Program-made: the position numbers and the translations under genes
Notes under the pieces: generated by a model
What the model saw: the letters and a program-made list of their open reading frames with translations, nothing else
Told to the model about the DNA's origin: nothing
Databases searched by the model: none
Shown: in pieces, positions 7,912 to 16,145 of the stretch
Position numbering within the stretch: position 1 is the stretch's first letter
Layout of the letters: each line of letters starts with the position of its first letter
Assembly (NCBI GenBank): GCA_027053075.1
Contig: JALUEE010000104.1
Span: forward strand, 1-25,481
From: a candidate division WOR-3 bacterium
GTDB taxonomy: Bacteria > Hydrothermota > Hydrothermia > B15-G9 > WFZT01
Length of the DNA: 25,481 nt
Direction: 5' to 3'

Positions 7912-8679
7912 TTATCTCAGCGCGCTCAAAGAAAACATCCTGTCAGGAATCCCAACGTTTACTTCGATCTTTTCGAATTTCATCACGGATTTCCTCTTGG
8001 TGCGGAGTTTGGTCGCTGTCATCTCCGTTTCAAACCAGATACCCTCAATTTTTTCCATTTTATTGGTCTCGATCCTTTTGAAAAGCTCACCGCTGCGATC
8101 ATAGCAGTCGGTTCTTACGACCATGTAGTTATCCTTCCTCACCCATTTGACCATTTTTGAGTAGCCGGACTTTTTAACAACTTTCTTATTTTTCGCAGTG
8201 GCCTCAATCACCCAGCAGGGGTTACCGTTATAGTCCTCTTCCCTGATAAGCTTGTAATTCCAGTCCTCGTATTCTCCACCTCCGATGTCGTAATTTGAGA
8301 AGTCAGAGCCCATAAATGGGCCTGCCTTGCCGGATGCTGCTATTCTTTTTGCCTTTCTTATTGCAGGAATGTAAATCCACATGTCGTCTTCGCGATTCTT
8401 GTGCTCGTGGAGCAGAAATTTGGTGCCCTTTATGTCCGCTGGCTCGAGGAAGAGAATTAGCATCTTCGTTTCATCAGTTTTGGGATTGGTTTTGGACCAG
8501 CTTTCCATCTTTCTGATCCTTCTCTGGCCGGAAGGACTGATGATTTCGAGGGTCATAAATGCGTGCATATCCTTCCATTTTGGTCTGTGATGCACTCTCC
8601 ACATAATGTCCGATGCCTTCTGGCCAAAAAGCATGGACGCAAACAAAATTCCTGGTATTACAAGGTTTTTAACCTTCAT
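7912..8679 (-). CDS. outer-membrane lipoprotein-sorting (LolA-like) periplasmic protein
   Basis: F.EPADIKGTKFL...DDMWIYIPAIRKAKRIA...FMGSDFSNYD signature. ATG at 8679 with GGAGGTGA RBS preferred over the TTG start at 8694. Confidence 0.85.
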   Translation of the reverse strand: MKVKNLVIPGILFASMLFGQKASDIMWRVHHRPKWKDMHAFMTLEIISPSGQRRIRKMESWSKTNPKTDETKMLILFLEPADIKGTKFLLHEHKNREDDMWIYIPAIRKAKRIAASGKAGPFMGSDFSNYDIGGGEYEDWNYKLIREEDYNGNPCWVIEATAKNKKVVKKSGYSKMVKWVRKDNYMVVRTDCYDRSGELFKRIETNKMEKIEGIWFETEMTATKLRTKRKSVMKFEKIEVNVGIPDRMFSLSALR

Positions 8680-10948
8680 GGCCTTCACCTCCAAAGCCTG
8701 GTTTCAAAATGTTTACAACTGCAGGCAAAATTACAAGTGCTCCTATGGCACTTAAAATCATTGTTATTGCCACAAGGAGACCAAGCCTCTTTATTCCTAT
8801 GAAAACCGATAATGTGAGCACAAGGAAACCAAGTGTGACCGAGAGTGCGTTGTAAATAATGGCCTTACCCACTGTGGCAGTAGAGCGCTCAATGGCAACT
8901 GAAGTGTCGCGGGTTTCCGGATAGAATATGCGATAACGGTTGATGTAGTGCACAGCATAATCAATACCTATCCCGATTGCAATGGATGCCACGATAGCAG
9001 TTGCATGGGTAAGAGAAATTCCGGCAAATCCCATGATTCCAAAGTTGAGGATAACAACCACAAAGAGCGGGATGATAGAGAGAATACCGGCCTTAAACGA
9101 CCTCAATACAATGGCTGTAATGATCAAAACAAGGATGAATGCAGAAATTACACTGGCTATCTGTCCCTTTACCACGAGGGCATCCATGAGGATGAAGAGC
9201 CGTGACAATCCGGTCACAGTGGCTTTTATCCCTGTGCCCTTTAATTTTTTCTCCTTGTATCTGTCAATTGCTGCGACAATCTTTTTGAGCTCCCCCGTGT
9301 CGGAAGTTTTGATAAAAATGGTCATGTTGAGCACGTTGTAATCAGGATTTACAAGGGCATCAAAGTCTGAGGGGTCACCTGACATGCTGTAGAGAAAGAT
9401 TTCCTGTGAAACGAGCTCGCGGGAGTCCGGAATTTTGTAATATTCAGGCTTGTCGGCAAACAACCCCTGATTCAGACGTTTAATCATGTCAGTTAGAGAC
9501 ATTGCCCCACCGACGTAGGGAAGTTTTTTAACATACTGCTCGAATTCGTCAACAATTCTGAGATTTTTCGGGTCTTTGAATGCTCCTTTTTCTTTTGCCT
9601 CAAAGATTATGTTTAGCGGTGTGGTGCCCACAAATTCACGGTTAATCCACTCATCTGCAATGCGGATAGGGCTGTCTTTAGGGAAATTTTTTATCTCGTT
9701 GGATTCGCTCTTGATTTTCGGAATGCCGATGGCCCCGACAACCATTAAAATTATTGAAATTGCGATGATGAGTTTATCCCTCTTGGTGGTGAATCTCCCG
9801 AGTTTTCTGAGGGTCTCGCTCTCAGGGCTTTGAGTGGGCTTGACTTTTGGTTTTTTCAAAATGGCAAGAAAGGCTGGAACCATGAAGATGGAGATGAAAA
9901 GCACGATAAATACACCGATTCCATTCATAAGACCGAAAGTTCGGATGGTTTTAATTTGCGAAGTTACAAGAGATATGAAGCCTGCCACCGTGGTCAATCC
10001 GGCAATGATAACGGCATTACCCCGCTTGATGAAAACGTTATAGACGGCCTCTTTTCGGTTGTATCCAGCAAGAATTTCCTCGTTGAATTGGTGGATGAGG
10101 TGTATTCCGTAGGCTGTTCCAATGGCAACAAGTAGCATGGGCAGAAGGGATGTCTCAAGGCTCAGGGGGATGCCGAGCAGGCCCTGCAGGCCCATTACCC
10201 ATGTCGATGCGAGTAAAACAGTGAGAACAGGCAGGAAAACCCCTCTGAGAGAGCGGAAGCTGAAGAATAGGACCACCATTGCGACAAGAATGGAGATCGG
10301 AAATAGCTTTCTGATATCTCCTGTCACATGCTCGGCTATCATTGCCTCCACAACAGGCTTACCCGAAATATAAAATTTTTCTGGCCCTTCATAGGGTTTG
10401 ACTATCTTTTGAATACTTTTATAGATTGCCAGAACCTGATCCTGTGAGAGGCTATCTTTGAGGATCACCAGAATAGCCGTTGAATGCCCACTCTTGCCGA
10501 TGAGCATTCCCTCATACATGACGTCGTGATCGACCAGTTGAGCCACTCTCCTGCAATCTTCCGGGGTAGAGGGTCGGTCTTCCATCAAAGGTATTACTTC
10601 AAATCCCTCTTCGGTTCCCTTGATTTTTGAAGCCGTGGCAAAGGATAGGACCTTTTTAACCCCTTTTAGAGACTCGAGGGTGTCGGAAAGGTCCCAGATT
10701 TTCTGGAGAGTCCGGAGGGAATAGATGCTGTCGGATTCGATTCCTATAAATATAACGTCCCTTGATGGAAAAAGCTCCTTCATCCTGTTGTAGGCCTGCA
10801 CCTCGGGATAGTGAGAGGGTAGTCCTGCTTCCATTCGGGTCTCTACCCTGATGTTTTTCATAAAATAGCCAAGAAACAGGGTTATAACGAGCAACCCCAG
10901 AAGGGTCCACCAGGGATGATTTGAAACAAATTTACCGAGTTTTTTCAT
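8669..10948 (-). CDS. MMPL/RND family inner-membrane transporter
   Basis: Duplicated RND topology with about 12 TM helices and two periplasmic loops; VAIGTAYGIH and IGIGIDYAVH motifs. Confidence 0.9.
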   Translation of the reverse strand: MKKLGKFVSNHPWWTLLGLLVITLFLGYFMKNIRVETRMEAGLPSHYPEVQAYNRMKELFPSRDVIFIGIESDSIYSLRTLQKIWDLSDTLESLKGVKKVLSFATASKIKGTEEGFEVIPLMEDRPSTPEDCRRVAQLVDHDVMYEGMLIGKSGHSTAILVILKDSLSQDQVLAIYKSIQKIVKPYEGPEKFYISGKPVVEAMIAEHVTGDIRKLFPISILVAMVVLFFSFRSLRGVFLPVLTVLLASTWVMGLQGLLGIPLSLETSLLPMLLVAIGTAYGIHLIHQFNEEILAGYNRKEAVYNVFIKRGNAVIIAGLTTVAGFISLVTSQIKTIRTFGLMNGIGVFIVLFISIFMVPAFLAILKKPKVKPTQSPESETLRKLGRFTTKRDKLIIAISIILMVVGAIGIPKIKSESNEIKNFPKDSPIRIADEWINREFVGTTPLNIIFEAKEKGAFKDPKNLRIVDEFEQYVKKLPYVGGAMSLTDMIKRLNQGLFADKPEYYKIPDSRELVSQEIFLYSMSGDPSDFDALVNPDYNVLNMTIFIKTSDTGELKKIVAAIDRYKEKKLKGTGIKATVTGLSRLFILMDALVVKGQIASVISAFILVLIITAIVLRSFKAGILSIIPLFVVVILNFGIMGFAGISLTHATAIVASIAIGIGIDYAVHYINRYRIFYPETRDTSVAIERSTATVGKAIIYNALSVTLGFLVLTLSVFIGIKRLGLLVAITMILSAIGALVILPAVVNILKPGFGGEGHEG

Positions 10949-10950
10949 GC

Positions 10951-11580
10951 TTATCCTCCACGTTTTATTCCGTATAGAAAAATTTCAATAGTGAGGTTTT
11001 TTAATTTTTCGAGGTCCTTGATGCCGGGCTTCATAATGAGCAATCCGTGCATAAGCCCGGCAAGTGAGAAAATTAAATCTTCTGTGTCAATGTCTTTGAA
11101 AGTGCCCTCCTCTATCCCTTTCTCGAAAATCTCCTGCAGGATTTCCATCTCCTGGTAGTGGGTTGATACGAATTTATCTCTATTTTCAGGTGAAATTTTG
11201 CCAAGAACATACCCGCTGTAGATGGAGTTCAAGAGTTTGAAAAATTTGATATTTTTCGCATAAAAGTCATACTCGGTTTCAATAAAGGAAATTAGCTGTT
11301 TTTCCGGTGTGTCATCAGGGTTTATGTTTTTCCTGAGCCTTTCGCTGAGCTTTGACATGCCGTCTCTAAGCACGGAGACGAAGATATCTTCCTTGGAATC
11401 GAAGTAGAAGTAGAGGAGTCCTTTTGAAAGTCGGGCAGCGTCTGCGATCTCATCTGTGGTGGTATTCTCGAATCCCTTCTCGGAGAAGAGCTCGAGAGCG
11501 GCCTTGATAATGGCCCTAATCCTTCTCTGTCTTTCCTTTTCTCTCCTTTTGCTTGACTTTGTAGTCAAATTTCGACTCAT
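10951..11580 (-). CDS. TetR/AcrR family transcriptional regulator
   Basis: AALELFSEKGFENTTTDEIADAARLSKGLLYFYFDSKEDIF HTH signature. Confidence 0.93.
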   Translation of the reverse strand: MSRNLTTKSSKRREKERQRRIRAIIKAALELFSEKGFENTTTDEIADAARLSKGLLYFYFDSKEDIFVSVLRDGMSKLSERLRKNINPDDTPEKQLISFIETEYDFYAKNIKFFKLLNSIYSGYVLGKISPENRDKFVSTHYQEMEILQEIFEKGIEEGTFKDIDTEDLIFSLAGLMHGLLIMKPGIKDLEKLKNLTIEIFLYGIKRGG

Positions 11581-11587
11581 AAGTCAA
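11553..11587. promoter_or_regulatory. two tandem palindromic operators (TTGACT-N4-AGTCAA), probable TetR autoregulatory sites
   Basis: TTGACT-ttgt-AGTCAA (11553-11568, perfect) and TCGACT-cata-AGTCAA (11572-11587, one mismatch), overlapping the predicted start point and start codon. Confidence 0.75.
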
Positions 11588-11615
11588 TTATAAAAAGCCC
11601 ATAAATACTTGTCAA
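11587..11615 (-). promoter_or_regulatory. consensus sigma70 promoter of the tetR-RND operon
   Basis: TTGACA (11615-11610), 17 bp, TATAAT (11592-11587), ending 6 nt before ATG 11580. Confidence 0.9.
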
Positions 11616-11815
11616 GAGGGTTTTGTTTGCCGGAAAAATGCCAGAAAAATTTTTCAGAGATAGGGTGAGGGAGTGGTGAAAATGATTGATTTCATAGGGA
11701 TTTTGGAGGTTGGATGGGTTATTGACAATGGAAGTACCATTTGTTTCCGGCAATGGAAGAAATTTCTGATTAATGGCTTTAACATCTTGTTAAATTTCAA
11801 TAGGAGGCTTTTGCC

Positions 11816-12688
11816 ATGATTTATATTGCAATGATAACACCGTTCAACAGGGTCGGTTCCATAAATTACGATGCACACAGGAGAAATATTGAGAAGTGGA
11901 ATAAAACCGGTATCAGCGGTTATCTTGTGCTTGGCTCCACAGGGGAAGCTGTACATCTTTCCCATGATGAAAAGATAAAACTTGTTGAAATTACCCTCGA
12001 GGCAAAGTCTGTGGATAAGAAGGTTATTGCTGGAACCGGGCTCTTTTCGACAGAGAGAACGATACAGTCTACCAATGAGGTGGCAGCACTTGGTGTGGAT
12101 ATGGCACTGGTGGTAACACCATTTTTCTTTAAAGGTTTGATGTCAAAGGCCGCACTTTTAGAGCATTATCGCAGGGTGGCTGATGCAGCGAAAATCCCCA
12201 TTCTCTTATACAATGTGCCACAGTACACAGGGGTAAATTTGCCCATCGAAGCAATCCCTGAACTTGCGGAGCATAAAAACATTGCCGGAATGAAGGACTC
12301 ATCGGGTAATATTTACTATGATGCGAGGATTTTAGAAATGAAACTGCCGGATTTTCTGTTATTTGTGGGTAATTTCACAGCTCTTTACCAGAATGCTTTG
12401 CTTGGTGCAAACGGGGGAATCCTTGCGGTTGCTAACGTTGCACCATCTGAGGTGAGTAAGCTATACAAATTGGCCAAAAAGGGAGAAGCAAAAGCTGCAG
12501 GTGAAATTTATCTTAGGCTTGTAGAGGTAAACTCTACTATTGTGGGCAAAATGGGGCCTGCTGGTGTGAAATACGCAATGGACCTTCTTGGCTACGAAGG
12601 ACTCTACCCAAGACCACCCCTCCAGCCCTTGAGTAAAGAAGAGAAACGCAAAGTGGAAGAACTTTTAAAAACCAAAGGCCTGCTCTGA
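11816..12688 (+). CDS. dihydrodipicolinate synthase family aldolase/lyase (probably not a true DapA)
   Basis: GSTGE, YNVP and Schiff-base GMKDSSG motifs; AGGAGG RBS. Has VTPFFF and YNVPQYTG in place of DapA VTPYYN and YNVPxRTG. Confidence 0.85.
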   Translation: MIYIAMITPFNRVGSINYDAHRRNIEKWNKTGISGYLVLGSTGEAVHLSHDEKIKLVEITLEAKSVDKKVIAGTGLFSTERTIQSTNEVAALGVDMALVVTPFFFKGLMSKAALLEHYRRVADAAKIPILLYNVPQYTGVNLPIEAIPELAEHKNIAGMKDSSGNIYYDARILEMKLPDFLLFVGNFTALYQNALLGANGGILAVANVAPSEVSKLYKLAKKGEAKAAGEIYLRLVEVNSTIVGKMGPAGVKYAMDLLGYEGLYPRPPLQPLSKEEKRKVEELLKTKGLL

Positions 12689-12772
12689 GGGATTCTAATT
12701 AATTTAAACCTGTTGGGAAATAGATTCCTTGATGTTGGAAACAGACTCCTAACAGGAGTACCTTTATCCTGA

Positions 12773-12801
12773 TTGCTATCCCTTATCCTAACCTTTAAGA
12801 T
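12773..12801 (+). promoter_or_regulatory. putative sigma70 promoter of the phosphatase gene
   Basis: TTGCTA (12773-12778), 17 bp, TAAGAT (12796-12801), then GGAGG and ATG 12824. Confidence 0.55.
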
Positions 12802-12823
12802 TTTTAAAACTGGAGGTGCTATT

Positions 12824-14035
12824 ATGAAACTCTTGTTTTTACTTTTAATTTCACAACTCAGAATTGGACCCTATATGAACTGGGACGATTCCACCACAAC
12901 TACAATCAGAATTAACTGGAGAACATACCAAGCCGAGTCGAGCATAGTCGCTTACGGAATTGGCTCTCTAAGCGATACTATCGTCGATACAACCCAGACC
13001 ACCATTCATTCCATCAAGCTGACCGGATTAACCCCAAATAGCGTGTATTCCTACAAAATCATTGGAAACAGCTTCACCACTCCTGTTTACCACTTTCACA
13101 CTGCCCCGACAGGTGCGGATAGCATAAACTTTGTGATTTATGGTGATACTCGTTCCAATGGCTCACCTCATCGTACTGTTGTGCATGCCATCGCGCAGGA
13201 AAACCCTCAATTTGTCATAAATACAGGTGACCTCGTTCCAGACGGAAGATCCATGAGTGACTGGTACGCATTTTTCGATATAGAAGCGGAAATGCTCCGC
13301 AATGCGCCAATAATGCCCTGCATAGGCAATCATGACACACCACCGACAAACTACCTCGATCTCTTCTACCTTCCCGGTAACGAGGAGTATTACTCCTTTA
13401 AATACGGCAACCTCTACTTCATAGCTTTAAACACAGAATCAAATCTGTATGCACAAAGACCCTTTTTGACTCAGGAGCTCATTAATGCCACACAGGATTC
13501 ATCAAACTGGGTCATTGTTTACTTCCACAGGCCCCCTTATAGCGCGGGCGGACATGGATCAAGCTATAGCGTGAGGAATGCCTGGTGCAGCATACTCTCA
13601 CAGTATCACGTTCCCGTAGTATTTAACGGTCACAACCACTTTTATCAGAGGACCATTCCAATCAACGGAGTAACCTACATCGTAACAGGTGGAGGAGGTG
13701 CTCCCCTCTACTCACCTGGAAGTGCCTCATGGGTAGCCTATTCTGAAGCATGCTATCACTACATGAGAATTACTGCAACTGCAAATAGACTCTCCATCAA
13801 GGCAGTAAGAGCAACTGACGGAGTTGTTATTGACAGCGTTACTTTCACCAAACCCGTTGGTGTTTCAGAAAGAATAGACTACGGCATGCTAAACGGTTCC
13901 ATTCGCGGAAATTTCAAGGTTCTGGACATCACAGGTCGAGTGGTAGGGAATGGACTAAAGCGAATTGAAAAACCCGGAATTTACTTCCTTTATCAAAAAG
14001 GCAAACGTCTAAAGAAAATTTGCGTGGTCAAATAG
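12824..14035 (+). CDS. secreted purple acid phosphatase-like metallophosphoesterase with FN3-like N-domain and T9SS-type C-terminal domain
   Basis: Signal peptide MKLLFLLLISQL; motifs YGD, TGDLV, IGNHD, FHRPPY, GHNHFYQR; tail VLDITGRVV...PGIYFL...KKICVVK. ATG 12824 has a GGAGG RBS. Confidence 0.85.
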   Translation: MKLLFLLLISQLRIGPYMNWDDSTTTTIRINWRTYQAESSIVAYGIGSLSDTIVDTTQTTIHSIKLTGLTPNSVYSYKIIGNSFTTPVYHFHTAPTGADSINFVIYGDTRSNGSPHRTVVHAIAQENPQFVINTGDLVPDGRSMSDWYAFFDIEAEMLRNAPIMPCIGNHDTPPTNYLDLFYLPGNEEYYSFKYGNLYFIALNTESNLYAQRPFLTQELINATQDSSNWVIVYFHRPPYSAGGHGSSYSVRNAWCSILSQYHVPVVFNGHNHFYQRTIPINGVTYIVTGGGGAPLYSPGSASWVAYSEACYHYMRITATANRLSIKAVRATDGVVIDSVTFTKPVGVSERIDYGMLNGSIRGNFKVLDITGRVVGNGLKRIEKPGIYFLYQKGKRLKKICVVK

Positions 14036-14059
14036 CTACTGAAATCAATCTGATAAATA

Positions 14060-14114
14060 ATGTAGCCCCTCACCTTTATCCTCTCCCCGCAAGTATTTAT
14101 GCGCGGAGAGGAAG
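14060..14114 (+). repeat. REP-like palindromic unit (empty-site equivalent of the interrupted copy at 19718-19998)
   Basis: ATGTAGCCCCTCACCTTTATCCTCTCCCCGCAAGTATTTATGCGCGGAGAGGAAG. Confidence 0.9.
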
Positions 14115-14234
14115 GCATTGTTTAGAAGCATGTGACAAATTTCTGACTAGCTTCATCCAGGGTTGAATACTCTCAAAGGACACCTCACTTTCTTCACATG
14201 TAGGGATTGTACCTAAAAATGACGGAAAGTACTT

Positions 14235-14435
14235 CCCTCCCCCGCGCTTCGCGCGGGGGAGGGCAAGGGAGGGGGAATTCCGCTTGAAATCTTTAAAAAA
14301 TTAAGATGTGGCCCTCACCCCATCCCTCTCCCGCGAAGCGGGAGAGGAGGATTCAAAGATTTTTTGATTGGAAATTTATCAGATGTGGTCCCCACCTGAC
14401 CTCTCCACGCAAAGAATTTATGCTGGGAGAAGAAG
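14235..14435 (+). repeat. three-unit BIME-like REP mosaic
   Basis: 13-bp stem 14235-14263 (inverted unit), linker ATTCCGCTTGAAATCTTTAAAAAATTAAGATGT, unit 14306-14347 (10-bp stem, GAA loop), second linker, degenerate unit 14383-14435. Collinear with 20196-20383. Confidence 0.85.
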
Positions 14436-14542
14436 CAATTTTATTTGCTATTTTAAACTGCGACCGAGTCTTCTCTCTAAATCATCCTTTAGTTAAACTC
14501 CTCACTGATGTAACCAGCAGAAGAAGATCAAATCGTATTGAT

Positions 14543-15418
14543 TTAACTGCTGAAGCTCAGATTCACAATCTCTGGAAGCGGCTTAGGGTTTAATCCAACT
14601 TTACTGAAAATATCGGCTTCTTCGCATGTGCTGCCGGCAAAGAGCATTTTTAGCTGGTCTTCATTTGCCGGTGAGAGTGGTCCTAACAACTTTGCCGAGA
14701 GTTTCATAAATCCAACAGGAACATGAAAAATTGGCTTCTTTGAGCCCAAAGCCTTCTTTACTGCCATTATGAACTCGTTATAGGTCACCCTGTCCGGGCC
14801 GCATACACCATAAATTCCACTTACACCCTCTAAAATCCCCCTTCTAATAGCCTCCACAAGGTCACCCACAAAAACAGGCTGAACCTGGTAATTTCCATCT
14901 CCGATCACCGGAATAAAAGGCAAAAACTTTATCATCTTCTTAAGCATTTTAGCAAAATCTCCATCAGGACCAAGGACAAAGGAAGGACGCAGGATAAGGT
15001 ATTCAAGGCCACTCCCAACGATTTCCTGCTCGGCAAGAAACTTGGTTCTCATGTAAGCCGCGTCAATCCCTTTATCCACACCAGCCGCGCTGATATACAC
15101 AAACCCAACTGCCCCCACTCGCTTTGCAAGCTCTATCAAATTTACGACACCTCTGTGGTGCACATTCTCAAACTTCTTGTCCCTCGTTTCTCTGATTATC
15201 CCCACAAAATCCACGATATAATCGTAATTCCCGTCAACCTGAAAGAGACTCTTACTATCAATCCTGCACCCCTTGTATATCTCAAATTTTTCGCTTAGTA
15301 TCCTCGGTTTCCTTTTATTCACACAGATCCCAATTTTCTCAAAATTGTCATCATAGGCAATATTTTTGAGAAAATGCGACCCGATGAAGCCTGTTCCCCC
15401 GGCCACAAAAACCTTCAT
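14543..15418 (-). CDS. atypical SDR / NAD(P)-binding epimerase-like protein (complex I NDUFA9-like family)
   Basis: KVFVAGGTGFIG Rossmann motif, VGIIRE, YISAAG, YMRTK, LRPSFVLG, QPVFVGD. Confidence 0.85.
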   Translation of the reverse strand: MKVFVAGGTGFIGSHFLKNIAYDDNFEKIGICVNKRKPRILSEKFEIYKGCRIDSKSLFQVDGNYDYIVDFVGIIRETRDKKFENVHHRGVVNLIELAKRVGAVGFVYISAAGVDKGIDAAYMRTKFLAEQEIVGSGLEYLILRPSFVLGPDGDFAKMLKKMIKFLPFIPVIGDGNYQVQPVFVGDLVEAIRRGILEGVSGIYGVCGPDRVTYNEFIMAVKKALGSKKPIFHVPVGFMKLSAKLLGPLSPANEDQLKMLFAGSTCEEADIFSKVGLNPKPLPEIVNLSFSS

Positions 15419-15420
15419 AA

Positions 15421-15870
15421 TTAACCACCTCCTTCTTTCAAAGCAAGGTTAAGAATCTCCGTGGCAGGCAGGCCACGCCTCGCAAAATAATTCCAGACCT
15501 TTTTCCTTGTTTTATCATCAGGTGAGTCCCCCAGCATCTTCCTTGCCCTCTCTACTGCAAGGGGCAAAATCGCATTGAGGTCAAAGAACTCCTTGAGGGC
15601 CTCGTCAATTATTTCCCTTTTGACCCCCTTCTTCATCAACTCCGAGCGAATGTAAGATGGACCGTAGAGTTTTTTCATCTTAAATTTTACATATTCCTCA
15701 GCGTAGCTTTTGTCATCAAGATATCTCCAGTCCTTCAATTTTTCAATGATTTCTTCAATTTTCGACTGCTCAACTCCCCGCTTTTTGAGCGCAATTTCCA
15801 TTTCCCTAACCGTTCTCGGCTTCCTGGAAAGCAGGTATAGTGCATATTCCATGGGCTCACGTCTTCTCAT
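15421..15870 (-). CDS. recX: regulatory protein RecX
   Basis: ALYLLSRKPRTVREM...YLDDKSYAE...YGPSYIRSELMKKGV...YFARRG three-repeat helical pattern. Confidence 0.88.
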   Translation of the reverse strand: MRRREPMEYALYLLSRKPRTVREMEIALKKRGVEQSKIEEIIEKLKDWRYLDDKSYAEEYVKFKMKKLYGPSYIRSELMKKGVKREIIDEALKEFFDLNAILPLAVERARKMLGDSPDDKTRKKVWNYFARRGLPATEILNLALKEGGG

Positions 15871-16145
15871 TTGTATTTAATTGTGTAATATTCCAGCATA
15901 TTCATATTGCCTGAAAAACGATTCCAATGCGCGAGAAGTGAATGCGAGAAGCAAAAGACTTCAAGCCTTCTCAATCCCCATTCTCCCCTAACCCCTCCTT
16001 CCCCGAGGAAGGAGGGGAAATTTCGGGCTTTCTGATATACGACCCCGTTTTGCTTGTTTAAGCAGAAATAGGACCCCCTCCCTTCCCTTTGGGAAGGGAG
16101 GGTTGGGGTGGAATGGGTTGTCATCAACATTTCAAACTCATTCAT
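15867..16145 (-). other. 92-codon ORF built over a REP doublet, bridging rgy and recX (coding status uncertain)
   Basis: ATGA overlap with the rgy stop (16142-16145) and with the recX start (15867-15870). Peptide segments HSTPTLPSQREGRG and FPSFLGEGGVRGEW are translations of the repeats. Confidence 0.3.
15976..16117. repeat. inverted REP doublet (REPIN-like)
   Basis: Stems CCCCTCCTTCC-ccga-GGAAGGAGGGG (15992-16017) and CCCTCCCTTCCC-ttt-GGGAAGGGAGGG (16076-16102), each with a CCATTCnnCCCnAACCC tail in opposite orientation; 58-bp spacer. Confidence 0.85.

Noticed and set aside
6913..10910. Many short opposite-strand or alternative-frame ORFs inside the transport operon (likewise inside gatA, nfo, rgy and the last gene)
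   Set aside because: Shadow ORFs of well-supported genes, without motifs or initiation signals.
11816..12688. Calling the gene dapA
   Set aside because: DapA-specific Tyr and Arg positions are substituted and there is no lysine-pathway context.
14060..14435. CRISPR array interpretation of the clustered repeats (also 166-487 and 19718-20383)
   Set aside because: Units vary in sequence, length and orientation, spacing is irregular, linkers are conserved rather than unique, and no cas genes are present.
14306..14593. 95-aa ORF (MWPSPHPSPAKRERR...)
   Set aside because: Translation of REP units; overlaps the 3' end of the convergent SDR gene.
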